A stretch of DNA of 64,000 nucleotides from contig JANRJK010000031.1 of NCBI GenBank assembly GCA_033764015.1, positions 1-64,000 of the forward strand, given 5' to 3'. The translations under genes were made by a program, and so were the position numbers. This document shows, in pieces, positions 1 to 7,832 of this stretch. The first letter of the stretch is position 1; the number at the start of each line of letters is the position of its first letter. The notes below the pieces were generated by a model. It did no database searches, had not been told where the DNA came from, and saw only the letters and a list, made by a program, of their open reading frames with translations. The DNA is from Candidatus Sumerlaeia bacterium. Its GTDB lineage: Bacteria > Sumerlaeota > Sumerlaeia > SLMS01 > JANRJK01.

Positions 1-392
1 TTCGGCATGCCCGGCACCGGAGGCAGCGGCGGCGGAGCGGCGCGCCCGGCCGGCGGAGTGGCGGGCGCGGCGAAGCCCGCCACCGCGGAGCCGGCGCCGG
101 CGTGCGAGGACATCGTCGGCGCCGGCGGCGGCGTCCAGCCGCCCGCCTGCCCGCCGGCCGCGGGTCCGGCGGACTGCTGCTTGCTCTGATAGTGGTTGTA
201 GGCGGCGACCGCGGCGGCGCCGAGGCCCACGCCCAGCAGCAGCTTCGTCGCCGAGCCGCCCCCGAACAGCGCCGCCGCCGGGTTCGACGGCGCGTGGCCG
301 TGCTTCTTCTTCCACTTGCGTCCCCCGCCGGACAGTCCACCGCCCATGACGGCGGAGCCGATCATCTTGCCGATCATCCGTTCGATATCCAT
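1..392 (-). CDS. DUF533/YebE-like protein, N-terminal part (runs off window edge)
   Basis: Read manually, not in the ORF track. ATG at 392 after GGAG gives MDIERMIGKMIG...LLLGVGLGAAAVAAYNHYQ then a Pro/Ala linker, the usual DUF533 N-terminal pattern. Confidence 0.55.
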   Translation of the reverse strand, partial: MDIERMIGKMIGSAVMGGGLSGGGRKWKKKHGHAPSNPAAALFGGGSATKLLLGVGLGAAAVAAYNHYQSKQQSAGPAAGGQAGGWTPPPAPTMSSHAGAGSAVAGFAAPATPPAGRAAPPPLPPVPGMP

Positions 393-417
393 CGCTGCGC
401 TCCTTGGACCGCCGCGC

Positions 418-1191
418 CTATGCGAGTGGGCGCGGCCCCGCGAGGTCCAGCGAATCCGGCGCCACGATTTCCATTCGCAGCCCGCGCGCGTCGCGCGGCG
501 GATCGGGCGGGAGCCGCCGCACGCGGCCCAGCGCCGCGAACCACGCCGTCGCGCAGACCGCCAGCGCGTCCGCCACATCGTCCGGCGCGCAGCCCCCCAG
601 CCGCCGCGCCTCCGCGCGCGGATCGGGCGGCTCCCACGGCAGGCGCCGCAGCAGCGCCATCCGCGTGGCCAGGCCCGCGGCCGACTTCTTCGGCTCCGCG
701 ACCGCCGCCCCGCCGTTCAGCGCCGCGAACGCCACCTCCGGATGAACCTCGAAGACGCGCTCCTGCAGTGCCGCGCCGACGGCGGCGTCCAGCTCGCGGA
801 TCTTCGGGAACAAGTTGTGGGACTGCTTCGACAAGCCGATGCCGTGCGGCGACGATGCGCGGTTCGCCGCCAGCGCGGCGGCGTAGCCGGACGCCGCGAG
901 CGCCCCGCGGACGGGAGGCGGAAAGACGCTCGCGCCGCGGCGCCCGAGCAGCGCCCGCGCCATGCGGTCGCACGCGCGTCCGCCGGGCTCCGCCGAATCC
1001 GGCAGGCCCAGCGGCATGTCCACGCCCACCCGCGCGTCCGGCGCGAACCAGGCGAGCGCTTCGTTGATCGAGTCGAGCAATGCGGTCTCCGGCGCGGCGG
1101 AGCCGGGCGCCAGGCGCGCGCCCACCCAGCCGGCGCGGCAGCCGTCGAGCCCCCCGGCGCCGCGCGGCGGCGGCGGGAACGGGGCGATCAG
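418..1191 (-). CDS. DUF429 domain protein (predicted RNase H-like nuclease)
   Basis: Motifs GLDGCRAGW, VGVDMPLGL, GGRACD, FEVHPE, DDVADA. Start uncertain; the in-frame CTG at 1191 overlaps the upstream stop. Confidence 0.8.
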   Translation of the reverse strand: MIAPFPPPPRGAGGLDGCRAGWVGARLAPGSAAPETALLDSINEALAWFAPDARVGVDMPLGLPDSAEPGGRACDRMARALLGRRGASVFPPPVRGALAASGYAAALAANRASSPHGIGLSKQSHNLFPKIRELDAAVGAALQERVFEVHPEVAFAALNGGAAVAEPKKSAAGLATRMALLRRLPWEPPDPRAEARRLGGCAPDDVADALAVCATAWFAALGRVRRLPPDPPRDARGLRMEIVAPDSLDLAGPRPLA

Positions 1192-1775
1192 TCCCCGCCC
1201 TTCCCCTTGAGCAGCCCCGCGTCGCGCATCGCGTGGGCCAGCAGGCCGATCTGGCCCGCGTGCTGCGCGAAGTGCTCCGCCGCGTGGTAGAGCGTCCACC
1301 GGCGCGTGTAGGTGCGGTTGTTCGCCTCGTAGGTGTGCGCCAGGTCCTCGTCGGTCCAGCCGTGGAGCGCCGCGTGCGTGGCTTCGCGGGCGCGCCCGAG
1401 GATCTCGAAGTAGTCCTCGAAGGTCTTCCCCGCGAGCGCCTCCGGGTGCGCGCCGTCCGGGGCGAGCGGCAGGCCGTCGTCCTCCGGGCCGATGCCCAGG
1501 ATCTCGGCGAACATGCCCTCGCCGGCGCCCTTGTAGGGGATGCCGCGCCAGGCGATCGCGAGCCACCACACCTCCGCCATGGCGCAATGCGCGATCAGCA
1601 TCCCGGCGGTGTTGCGGCCCGGGCGCTCCTGCCACTCGAAGTGGCGCGGCTCCCAGTCCTTCACCTGCCCGCGGAGCAGCTCGGTCTGGTCGTCGAGGAA
1701 GGCGGCGAAGAGCGATACAGCGAACTGCCGGTGCGGGTCGTAGCGCCCGCTCGGGGTGAGCAATCGGTCGCCCAT
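1188..1775 (-). CDS. DinB/YfiT family metal-dependent protein
   Basis: NTAGMLIAHCAMAE and WTLYHAAEHFAQHAGQI His motifs; ATG at 1775 after GGAG. Confidence 0.85.
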   Translation of the reverse strand: MGDRLLTPSGRYDPHRQFAVSLFAAFLDDQTELLRGQVKDWEPRHFEWQERPGRNTAGMLIAHCAMAEVWWLAIAWRGIPYKGAGEGMFAEILGIGPEDDGLPLAPDGAHPEALAGKTFEDYFEILGRAREATHAALHGWTDEDLAHTYEANNRTYTRRWTLYHAAEHFAQHAGQIGLLAHAMRDAGLLKGKGGD

Positions 1776-1905
1776 GGTGCGGCTCCTTGGGATGCGCGCC
1801 GGGCCCGCCCGCGGGCGCGTCCGGCTGCGGAGGACTCTTGCAGGGTGTTCCGATTCGACGCGAAGCCCCACCGCGGGGTCAAGCCGTCGCCGGTCGCGCG
1901 GCGGG

Positions 1906-2307
1906 TCAGGAGCGCTTGCGCGCCTCGGTGCGCGGTTTCGGGGCGGTCTTCGCCGAGCGGCGGATGCGCACGCGCGCCTTGCGCACGACGACCTCTTCAT
2001 CCTTGCCGAAGAGGCGCATGCCGAAATCGCGGTCGAGCGCCACCGCGAGCTTGGCTAGCATCGCCAGCGTGAAGTTCGCCTCGTCCCGAAGCATCCGGCT
2101 CACGTTCTGCGCGCTGCATCCGAGCCTGCGGGCGAGTTCGGCCTGCGAGATTCCGGAGGCCTCCATCGCCTTCCTCACCTCGAGGACGGCGTCGAGCCGG
2201 AGCCCCTCGAACACGAATCCCGGGTCCTTGGACAGGTCCGGAAAGCCCTCCGCCTCGCGGGCGAACTCGGCCTCTTCGGCGGCGATGCGCTCGCTCAAGT
2301 CCTTCAT
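1906..2307 (-). CDS. XRE-family helix-turn-helix protein (antitoxin-like)
   Basis: GISQAELARRLGCSAQNVSRML...NFTLAMLAKLAVALD; GGAGGA RBS. Confidence 0.85.
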   Translation of the reverse strand: MKDLSERIAAEEAEFAREAEGFPDLSKDPGFVFEGLRLDAVLEVRKAMEASGISQAELARRLGCSAQNVSRMLRDEANFTLAMLAKLAVALDRDFGMRLFGKDEEVVVRKARVRIRRSAKTAPKPRTEARKRS

Positions 2308-2319
2308 GGTCTTCCTCCC

Positions 2320-3834
2320 CTACCTCGCCGGCATGTCGTAGTGGTAGTCGAACCCCTTCCAGCGGCGGTGGCGGAGGTACTCGCCCACGGCGAGCACCGC
2401 CAAGCCCGCGACGGTGTAGAAGCCCGCGACCGCGGGCACCGCGACCGACGCGGAGGCGTACAGCTCGGGCTCGCCGAGCGAGTCGAAGAGCAGGTAGAAC
2501 GGCGAGAGGTGGATCAGGAACTCGGTGACCGGCGACGAGCCTTCCAGGAACGCGCGGGCGCTCGCGCCGACGACCGGCAGCCCGAGCCAGAGCCCCGCCA
2601 TCACGCCGCCGACCATGCGCCCCGCGCCGCTGCGCCCGACCGCCACCGCGGTCGCCCAGCGCCCCACCGCGCACAGCGCGAAGAAGGAGGCGAGGCTCAC
2701 CGGGCCGAACGCGTCGAGCAGCCCCTTGGGCGATTGCGCCAGCACCGCGCCGCCGAGGAACAGCTCGAGGGTGTACCACCAGATGACCCCGACCAGCACC
2801 AGGAACAGCAGCGTGCCGTCGAAGGGGCGCAGCGCCGGCACCAGCCGCTTCAGGTGCCACGTCTCGTCGCCCACCTCCATGCGCCCCACCGCGAAGCAGT
2901 AGATGGCGACGGTCAGGAGCAGGGTGCCCGTCGCGAGGAACGCCAGCGCGAGCGGCTCGCTGACCTGCGCGCCCAGCGTGACGGACGTCATCGGCACCAT
3001 CACGACGGAGGAGAACGCGAGGAACTGCCACGTGGTGAAGGCGCGCGTGCTCTCCGGCTCGAACAGCTTGCGCGCGGCGAGCAGCAGGAACACCGCGGTG
3101 ACCAGCAGGATCAGGAACGCCGCGACCGCCCACAGCGGCAGCCCGAGGTTCCCGAGCGCGGTCGAGGCCGCCTGCCCGCCCCCGGCCGCCCCGGCGCCGA
3201 ACACCACCTGCAACTGGTTGTACAGGTAGATGCCGCCGAAGCCCGCGGCGAAGATCGCGAACACGATGATGCCCTGCGCCGTGCGCGTGCGGTCGCGGAT
3301 CGAGCTGACATAGAGGCCGAAGCTCGACAGCACCAGCGAGCCCCCCAGCAGCAGCCCGAAGGTGCCGAAGACCGCGGAGCTCGCGACGCCGCCGTACACG
3401 AACACCAGGCTCAGCAGCGGGAAGGCGCAGGTGAGCGCCAGCGCCACGTAGAAAACCGTCGAAAGGAAGCAGCCCGTCACGTACATCCACGGCGTGATCG
3501 TGGTGACCCGCAGGAAGTCGAAGGTCTTGCGCTCCTTCTCGCCGGTCGTCATGCCCGCGGTGATCGTCGGGGCGATGATCAGCACCAGCAGCACCTGGAT
3601 GACGGTGATCCAGCGGAAGAGCTGCGTGCCGGTGTTGGCGAGCTGCTCGAGCATCCGCGTGTTGACGCTCTGGAAAAGCCCCGGGCTGAAGGCGAACAGG
3701 ACGAGGAGCGTCGCGACCGTGAGGGCGATGATGTAGCCCACGACGCTGTAGATGAGCTCCTTCTTCCGCATGCGGCGGCGGAGCTCGCGGGTGAGGATCG
3801 GGTTGTCGACGATATTCGCCAGCAGTGCGTTCAC
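2320..3834 (-). CDS. ABC-2-type transporter permease-like membrane protein
   Basis: NPILTRELRRRMR start, TAGMTTGEKERKTFDFLRVT motif, many hydrophobic segments. Confidence 0.8.
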   Translation of the reverse strand: MNALLANIVDNPILTRELRRRMRKKELIYSVVGYIIALTVATLLVLFAFSPGLFQSVNTRMLEQLANTGTQLFRWITVIQVLLVLIIAPTITAGMTTGEKERKTFDFLRVTTITPWMYVTGCFLSTVFYVALALTCAFPLLSLVFVYGGVASSAVFGTFGLLLGGSLVLSSFGLYVSSIRDRTRTAQGIIVFAIFAAGFGGIYLYNQLQVVFGAGAAGGGQAASTALGNLGLPLWAVAAFLILLVTAVFLLLAARKLFEPESTRAFTTWQFLAFSSVVMVPMTSVTLGAQVSEPLALAFLATGTLLLTVAIYCFAVGRMEVGDETWHLKRLVPALRPFDGTLLFLVLVGVIWWYTLELFLGGAVLAQSPKGLLDAFGPVSLASFFALCAVGRWATAVAVGRSGAGRMVGGVMAGLWLGLPVVGASARAFLEGSSPVTEFLIHLSPFYLLFDSLGEPELYASASVAVPAVAGFYTVAGLAVLAVGEYLRHRRWKGFDYHYDMPAR

Positions 3835-3898
3835 CGGTTGCCGCTCCCGCGCGTGGGGGTTCTCCGCCCGAGCCTTTTCGCGGCGCGCGGGCGGTGGA

Positions 3899-4873
3899 TC
3901 AACCGGAGATGGCGGCGCGGCGCGCGGCGCGCCGCTCCTCCGCCTTCGCCCGCTTGCGGTCCACTTCGTCCCGCGTCGTCTTCCAGCGCCGGTGCACCCA
4001 GAAGTACTGCCCCGGGTGCAGCCGGATCCGGGCCGAGAGCTGCTCGTTCAGCGCCGCCATCACCGCAGCCGCGCGCGCGTCCTCGTCCCCCTCGAAGTCC
4101 GCCGGGTCCACCGCCGGCAGCACCTCGATGCGGTAGCGGCACGGCCCCAGCCGGATCGGCAGCGCGCCGCGGATCGGCACGCCGGCGCGGATCGCCAGCA
4201 GCGCGGGGAACGGCGTGGTGCTCGCCTCGCGCCCGAGGAACGGCACAAAGACCCCCGCCCGCCCCATGTCCTGGTCGATCATCATGTTCACCGTGCCGTT
4301 CTCGCGCAGGATCTGGATCGCGGTGCGGAGCGCCGACGTGCCCGGGTAGAGGATCCGGTGGCCGTAGCGGGTGCGCGTGCCCTCCACGAAGTCCTGCCAC
4401 TGCGGATCGTGCAGCCGCTTGGCGAAGGAGTGCAGCTCGAAGCGGCGCGAGATGTAGGCCCCGCCCACCTCCCAGTTGCCGAAATGCCCGCAGAACGTCA
4501 CCATGCCCCGGCGGCGCGTCGCGCGCTCCGCCAGCGCCTCCGGCTCGTTCACCTCGACGACGATCGAATCGACCCACTCGACCGGGCGGCGCGCGAGGAA
4601 CACCACCTCCGCGGCGACCATGAAGAGGTGCTTGCCGGCGGCGATCTCGACGCGGCGCTTCTCCTCAGGCGCCATCGAGTCGCCGAACGCGATGTCCAGG
4701 TTCTCGCGCACGACGCGGCCGCGCAGCAGCCCCAGCCGCGCCGCGAGCCCGCCGAACCAACCCGCGACCGCGACCGACGGGCGCGCCGGGAGCAGCGCCA
4801 GCAGCGCGATCAGCGCCCGCGCCGCGTGGAACGCCGCCCGGCCGGCGGCGGAGCCGGCGCCGCGTCCGCTCAC
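3899..4873 (-). CDS. lpxL: Lipid A late acyltransferase (LpxL/HtrB family)
   Basis: HFGNWE, MIDQD, GVFVPFLG, PGQYFWVHRRWK motifs; GTG at 4873 overlaps upstream TGA. Confidence 0.85.
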   Translation of the reverse strand: MSGRGAGSAAGRAAFHAARALIALLALLPARPSVAVAGWFGGLAARLGLLRGRVVRENLDIAFGDSMAPEEKRRVEIAAGKHLFMVAAEVVFLARRPVEWVDSIVVEVNEPEALAERATRRRGMVTFCGHFGNWEVGGAYISRRFELHSFAKRLHDPQWQDFVEGTRTRYGHRILYPGTSALRTAIQILRENGTVNMMIDQDMGRAGVFVPFLGREASTTPFPALLAIRAGVPIRGALPIRLGPCRYRIEVLPAVDPADFEGDEDARAAAVMAALNEQLSARIRLHPGQYFWVHRRWKTTRDEVDRKRAKAEERRAARRAAISG

Positions 4874-5292
4874 CCGGTGCGCTCGCCCTCTTCCTTCGCC
4901 AGCTCGACCGGGCCGGGATCCTCGTACAGCGCCAGCGTGTTGCCGTGCGGGTCGCGGATCACGGCGAAGCGCCCCGTCGCCGCGTCGCCGCGCACCGCCG
5001 TGGCCGCCTCGCCGCCGAGCCGCTCCGCCTCCGCGATGGAGGCGTCCAGGTCGTCGACCATCACATAGGGGATCCATCCGCCGGGCTGGCCCGCGTTCGA
5101 GCCGCGCGCGTGGCAGATGCCCGCCTGCGGATCGCCGCCCCCGGGGGGCGCCATGCAGTGGTCCTCGTACCCGCCCATGTCCAGCGGCGTGCTCTTCCAA
5201 CCCACCACCGCCGCGTAGAACGCGCGCAGCTCCTCCGCGTGCGGGGAGGTGAGGTCCATCCACTGGAGCGTGCCGGCGGGGCGTCTGGGCAT
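4870..5292 (-). CDS. VOC/glyoxalase family protein
   Basis: WMDLTSPHAEELRAFYAAVVGW, WIPYVMVDDLD, FAVIRDPHGN; ATG at 5292. Confidence 0.9.
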   Translation of the reverse strand: MPRRPAGTLQWMDLTSPHAEELRAFYAAVVGWKSTPLDMGGYEDHCMAPPGGGDPQAGICHARGSNAGQPGGWIPYVMVDDLDASIAEAERLGGEAATAVRGDAATGRFAVIRDPHGNTLALYEDPGPVELAKEEGERTG

Positions 5293-5375
5293 GGGAGGTG
5301 TCCCTTGCTGGAATGACGGCGCCGGAGGCCTTGGCCCCCGGCGCCGGAATACCGCCGCGGGTCGACGCCCGCGGC

Positions 5376-6128
5376 TTAGGAGGAAAGGCGCGAGAGGTTC
5401 TGCAGGTGCTTCTTGGCGCGCTCGATGTGCTTGGCGTCGCCGCGCGACTCGCTCAGCTCCAGCACGCGCTCCCACTGCTTGATCGCGCGCTCCTGCCAAG
5501 CCGGCTTCTTCTCGTACACGATCGCCAGGTTGTTGTGCGCGGGCAGGTACTCGGGATCGATCTCGAGCGCCTTGATGTACGCCTCCGAGGCGGAGTCGTA
5601 GTCGCCCTGCCGCATGTGGTCCACGGCGAGCTTGCAGAGCTGGTCCACCTGGTCCTTCGGCGACAGGTTCTCGGAGGACTCGGACGCGGAGCGCGGCGCC
5701 GGAGCGACCGGCATCGCGGGGGTGCGCGGCACGGCGGACGTGGAGAAGGCGTCGCCGCCGCCCCCCTCCTCGACCTGGTATTCGGGGCGCGCCAGGGCCG
5801 ACACGAGCGAACTCGCCTCCGCGCCTGTGATGATGTCGAAGATCGAATCGAGCTTCGAGACCATCAGGATGTCGCTGACGCCCTTGCTGGGGCCGACGAG
5901 CGCGAGGCGCGAGCGGTTCTTGTTGCCGGTGGTCTTGAGCTGCACCAGGACGCCGAGGCCCGCGCTGTCGATGAACTCGACCTGCGCCAGGTCGAGGTTG
6001 ATCTGCGAGACTTCCCGGGTGATGCGCGGGATGATGGCGGACTTGATGCGCTCGCACTCGTCGAGGACGAATCGTCCGCCGAGCTGCACCAGCATGTTGC
6101 CTCGCGATTGGAAGATGCGGATGTTCAT
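5376..6128 (-). CDS. STAS (anti-anti-sigma) domain fused to C-terminal TPR repeats
   Basis: LDLAQVEFIDSAGLGVL phospho-Ser motif; TPR-like YIKALEIDPEYLPAHNNLAIVY. Confidence 0.85.
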   Translation of the reverse strand: MNIRIFQSRGNMLVQLGGRFVLDECERIKSAIIPRITREVSQINLDLAQVEFIDSAGLGVLVQLKTTGNKNRSRLALVGPSKGVSDILMVSKLDSIFDIITGAEASSLVSALARPEYQVEEGGGGDAFSTSAVPRTPAMPVAPAPRSASESSENLSPKDQVDQLCKLAVDHMRQGDYDSASEAYIKALEIDPEYLPAHNNLAIVYEKKPAWQERAIKQWERVLELSESRGDAKHIERAKKHLQNLSRLSS

Positions 6129-6218
6129 CGTTTCGCCTGGGACCTCGGGTTGTCTGTCGGGCGGCGTTCGCCGCGCCGGTGTCGTTTCGTCGGGTTGTCC
6201 GCCGGTGGCCGGCGGGGA

Positions 6219-7625
6219 TCAGGATTCCGGGAAGGGGGTCGGGCTCGGGACGAGGATCGTGCCGTTGCCGTCCATGATGCCGTCCTTGACGGCGAGGTCG
6301 CGGCCGCCGGCCTTCACACCGAGCTCGTAGCGCTCGCGGATCGCCTTCACGATCTCGCGGTCCACATTGTCCGGCAGGAAGAACAAGCCGGGAACCAGCA
6401 CCAGGCCGTTCACCACCATGTCGACCTTCTGGAAGTTCTCGGCGCCCGGATCCCGCACTTCGGAGATGGCGAGCTTGTCGAGCTCCATCGGCACGCGCGA
6501 GCGGGCCACCTGGTCGAGGAACTCCATGCTCGAAGCGTTCGTTGCGTAGTAGGTGACCTGCATCGGCGCGCCCTTGGCGTCCGCGGCCGCCGCGCTGGAC
6601 TGGTTGCCGCCGCCGCGCGAACCCGGCTCGCCGAAGTCGGGCTCCTCGTCCCAGTCCTGCTGGAACCGCGGATCGACGCCGCCTTGGTTGCCGCGCCCCG
6701 CGGGCGCCGCCGTCGCCGTCGCCGCCGCCACCGTGGGGGGCTCCGTGAAGAACGAATCCCGCGGATCCCACATGCGCACGTACGTGATGTACTCCACCTC
6801 CGCCTCGCGCGCGAGGTCGATCAACTGCCGCAGGTTCGTCGCCTGCCGGTAGTACGGGAACATCGCGATCACCGGGTCCGGATCGATGGGGAACTCGATC
6901 CGGAACAACTCGTAAAGCTGCTGCTCGACCTGCTCCTCGGAAAGCGACCCGAAATAGTTCGCGGGGAGCGCCTCGCGGATGATCCGCAGCCGGTTGAGGG
7001 AATGCACCGTCGCCGCCAGGTCGCCGTACTGCGCCCGGATCTGGTCGATGCGGTCCAGGTTCATGCCGAGGACCGCGAGCGCCGCCGAGTAGTTCTGCTC
7101 GGTCTGCGTGTAGAGCGCCGACGACGCGTCGAGCACCTTCAGCACTTCGTTGTCGTTCCGGAGCTTCTCCACCGCGTCGACGATGTTCACGCCGCTCCGC
7201 AGGAACTCCTGCGGCAGCGTCGTCGCGAGGTCCCAGCCCTGCGCGCCGAGGAAGAACGGGTTCGGCTTCAACCCGTCGTTGCGGTGCTTCTCGAGGTATG
7301 CGAGCAGGTCCCAGAAGTCCTGGCGCTGCGCGCGCTCGTCCTTGGTCAGCGGGAAGTACCGGTCGGGGATCACCACGCCAAGGTCGCGGATCAGCTTCCA
7401 GTACTCCTCCGCGTAGGACATGTTGGCGTAGCGGAACGCGTTGATTTCGTTGAGGGGGCGGGCGCCGCCGAGCTGCGCGTACTGGCCCATCACCGCGCTG
7501 TGGCGGGTTCGCGATTGCGAATACTCGTCCGCGCGCTTCTTGTACAGGCCGAGGTGGAGGCCCGCGATAAGCAGCGCGGCGCCGATCACTCCGATCACGA
7601 TCTTCCCGCTGTCGGGGATTTTCAC
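6219..7625 (-). CDS. Hypothetical bitopic membrane protein with a possible PilO/GspM-like C-terminal domain
   Basis: One N-terminal TM (IVIGVIGAALLIAGLHLG), long helical region, then PMQVTYYATNASSMEFLDQVARSRVPMELDKLAI; GTG start at 7625; host-like codon usage. Confidence 0.6.
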   Translation of the reverse strand: MKIPDSGKIVIGVIGAALLIAGLHLGLYKKRADEYSQSRTRHSAVMGQYAQLGGARPLNEINAFRYANMSYAEEYWKLIRDLGVVIPDRYFPLTKDERAQRQDFWDLLAYLEKHRNDGLKPNPFFLGAQGWDLATTLPQEFLRSGVNIVDAVEKLRNDNEVLKVLDASSALYTQTEQNYSAALAVLGMNLDRIDQIRAQYGDLAATVHSLNRLRIIREALPANYFGSLSEEQVEQQLYELFRIEFPIDPDPVIAMFPYYRQATNLRQLIDLAREAEVEYITYVRMWDPRDSFFTEPPTVAAATATAAPAGRGNQGGVDPRFQQDWDEEPDFGEPGSRGGGNQSSAAAADAKGAPMQVTYYATNASSMEFLDQVARSRVPMELDKLAISEVRDPGAENFQKVDMVVNGLVLVPGLFFLPDNVDREIVKAIRERYELGVKAGGRDLAVKDGIMDGNGTILVPSPTPFPES

Positions 7626-7771
7626 GGTGGCCCTCGCGTTGGGGACTTGGCGGCCCGGATACCCCCGGGTCGGGAGAAAGAAAACCGCGCAGACGCCTGA
7701 GCCGTCAAGCAAAGCGGGGGGCGCGGCACGCGGCAAGGGCGTTTCTGCATCCCGGGGGCCCCGGGGACGAA

Positions 7772-7805
7772 ACCGCGCCGGGAGCCCAAGAGCTCCCGGC
7801 GCGGT
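7772..7805 (-). terminator. Terminator-like hairpin after the secreted-protein gene
   Basis: Perfect 14-bp inverted repeat ACCGCGCCGGGAGC / GCTCCCGGCGCGGT with a 6-nt loop, about 30 nt past the stop; U-tract is short. Confidence 0.65.
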
Positions 7806-7832
7806 CTGATTTGCTGCGGAGGGTTCTGCCGC

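Noticed and set aside
1853..1882. TTGACC-N18-TCGAAT and similar TTGAC hexamers in several minus-strand intergenic regions
   Set aside because: Plausible sigma70 -35 boxes, but the -10 matches are weak and cannot be supported without TSS data.
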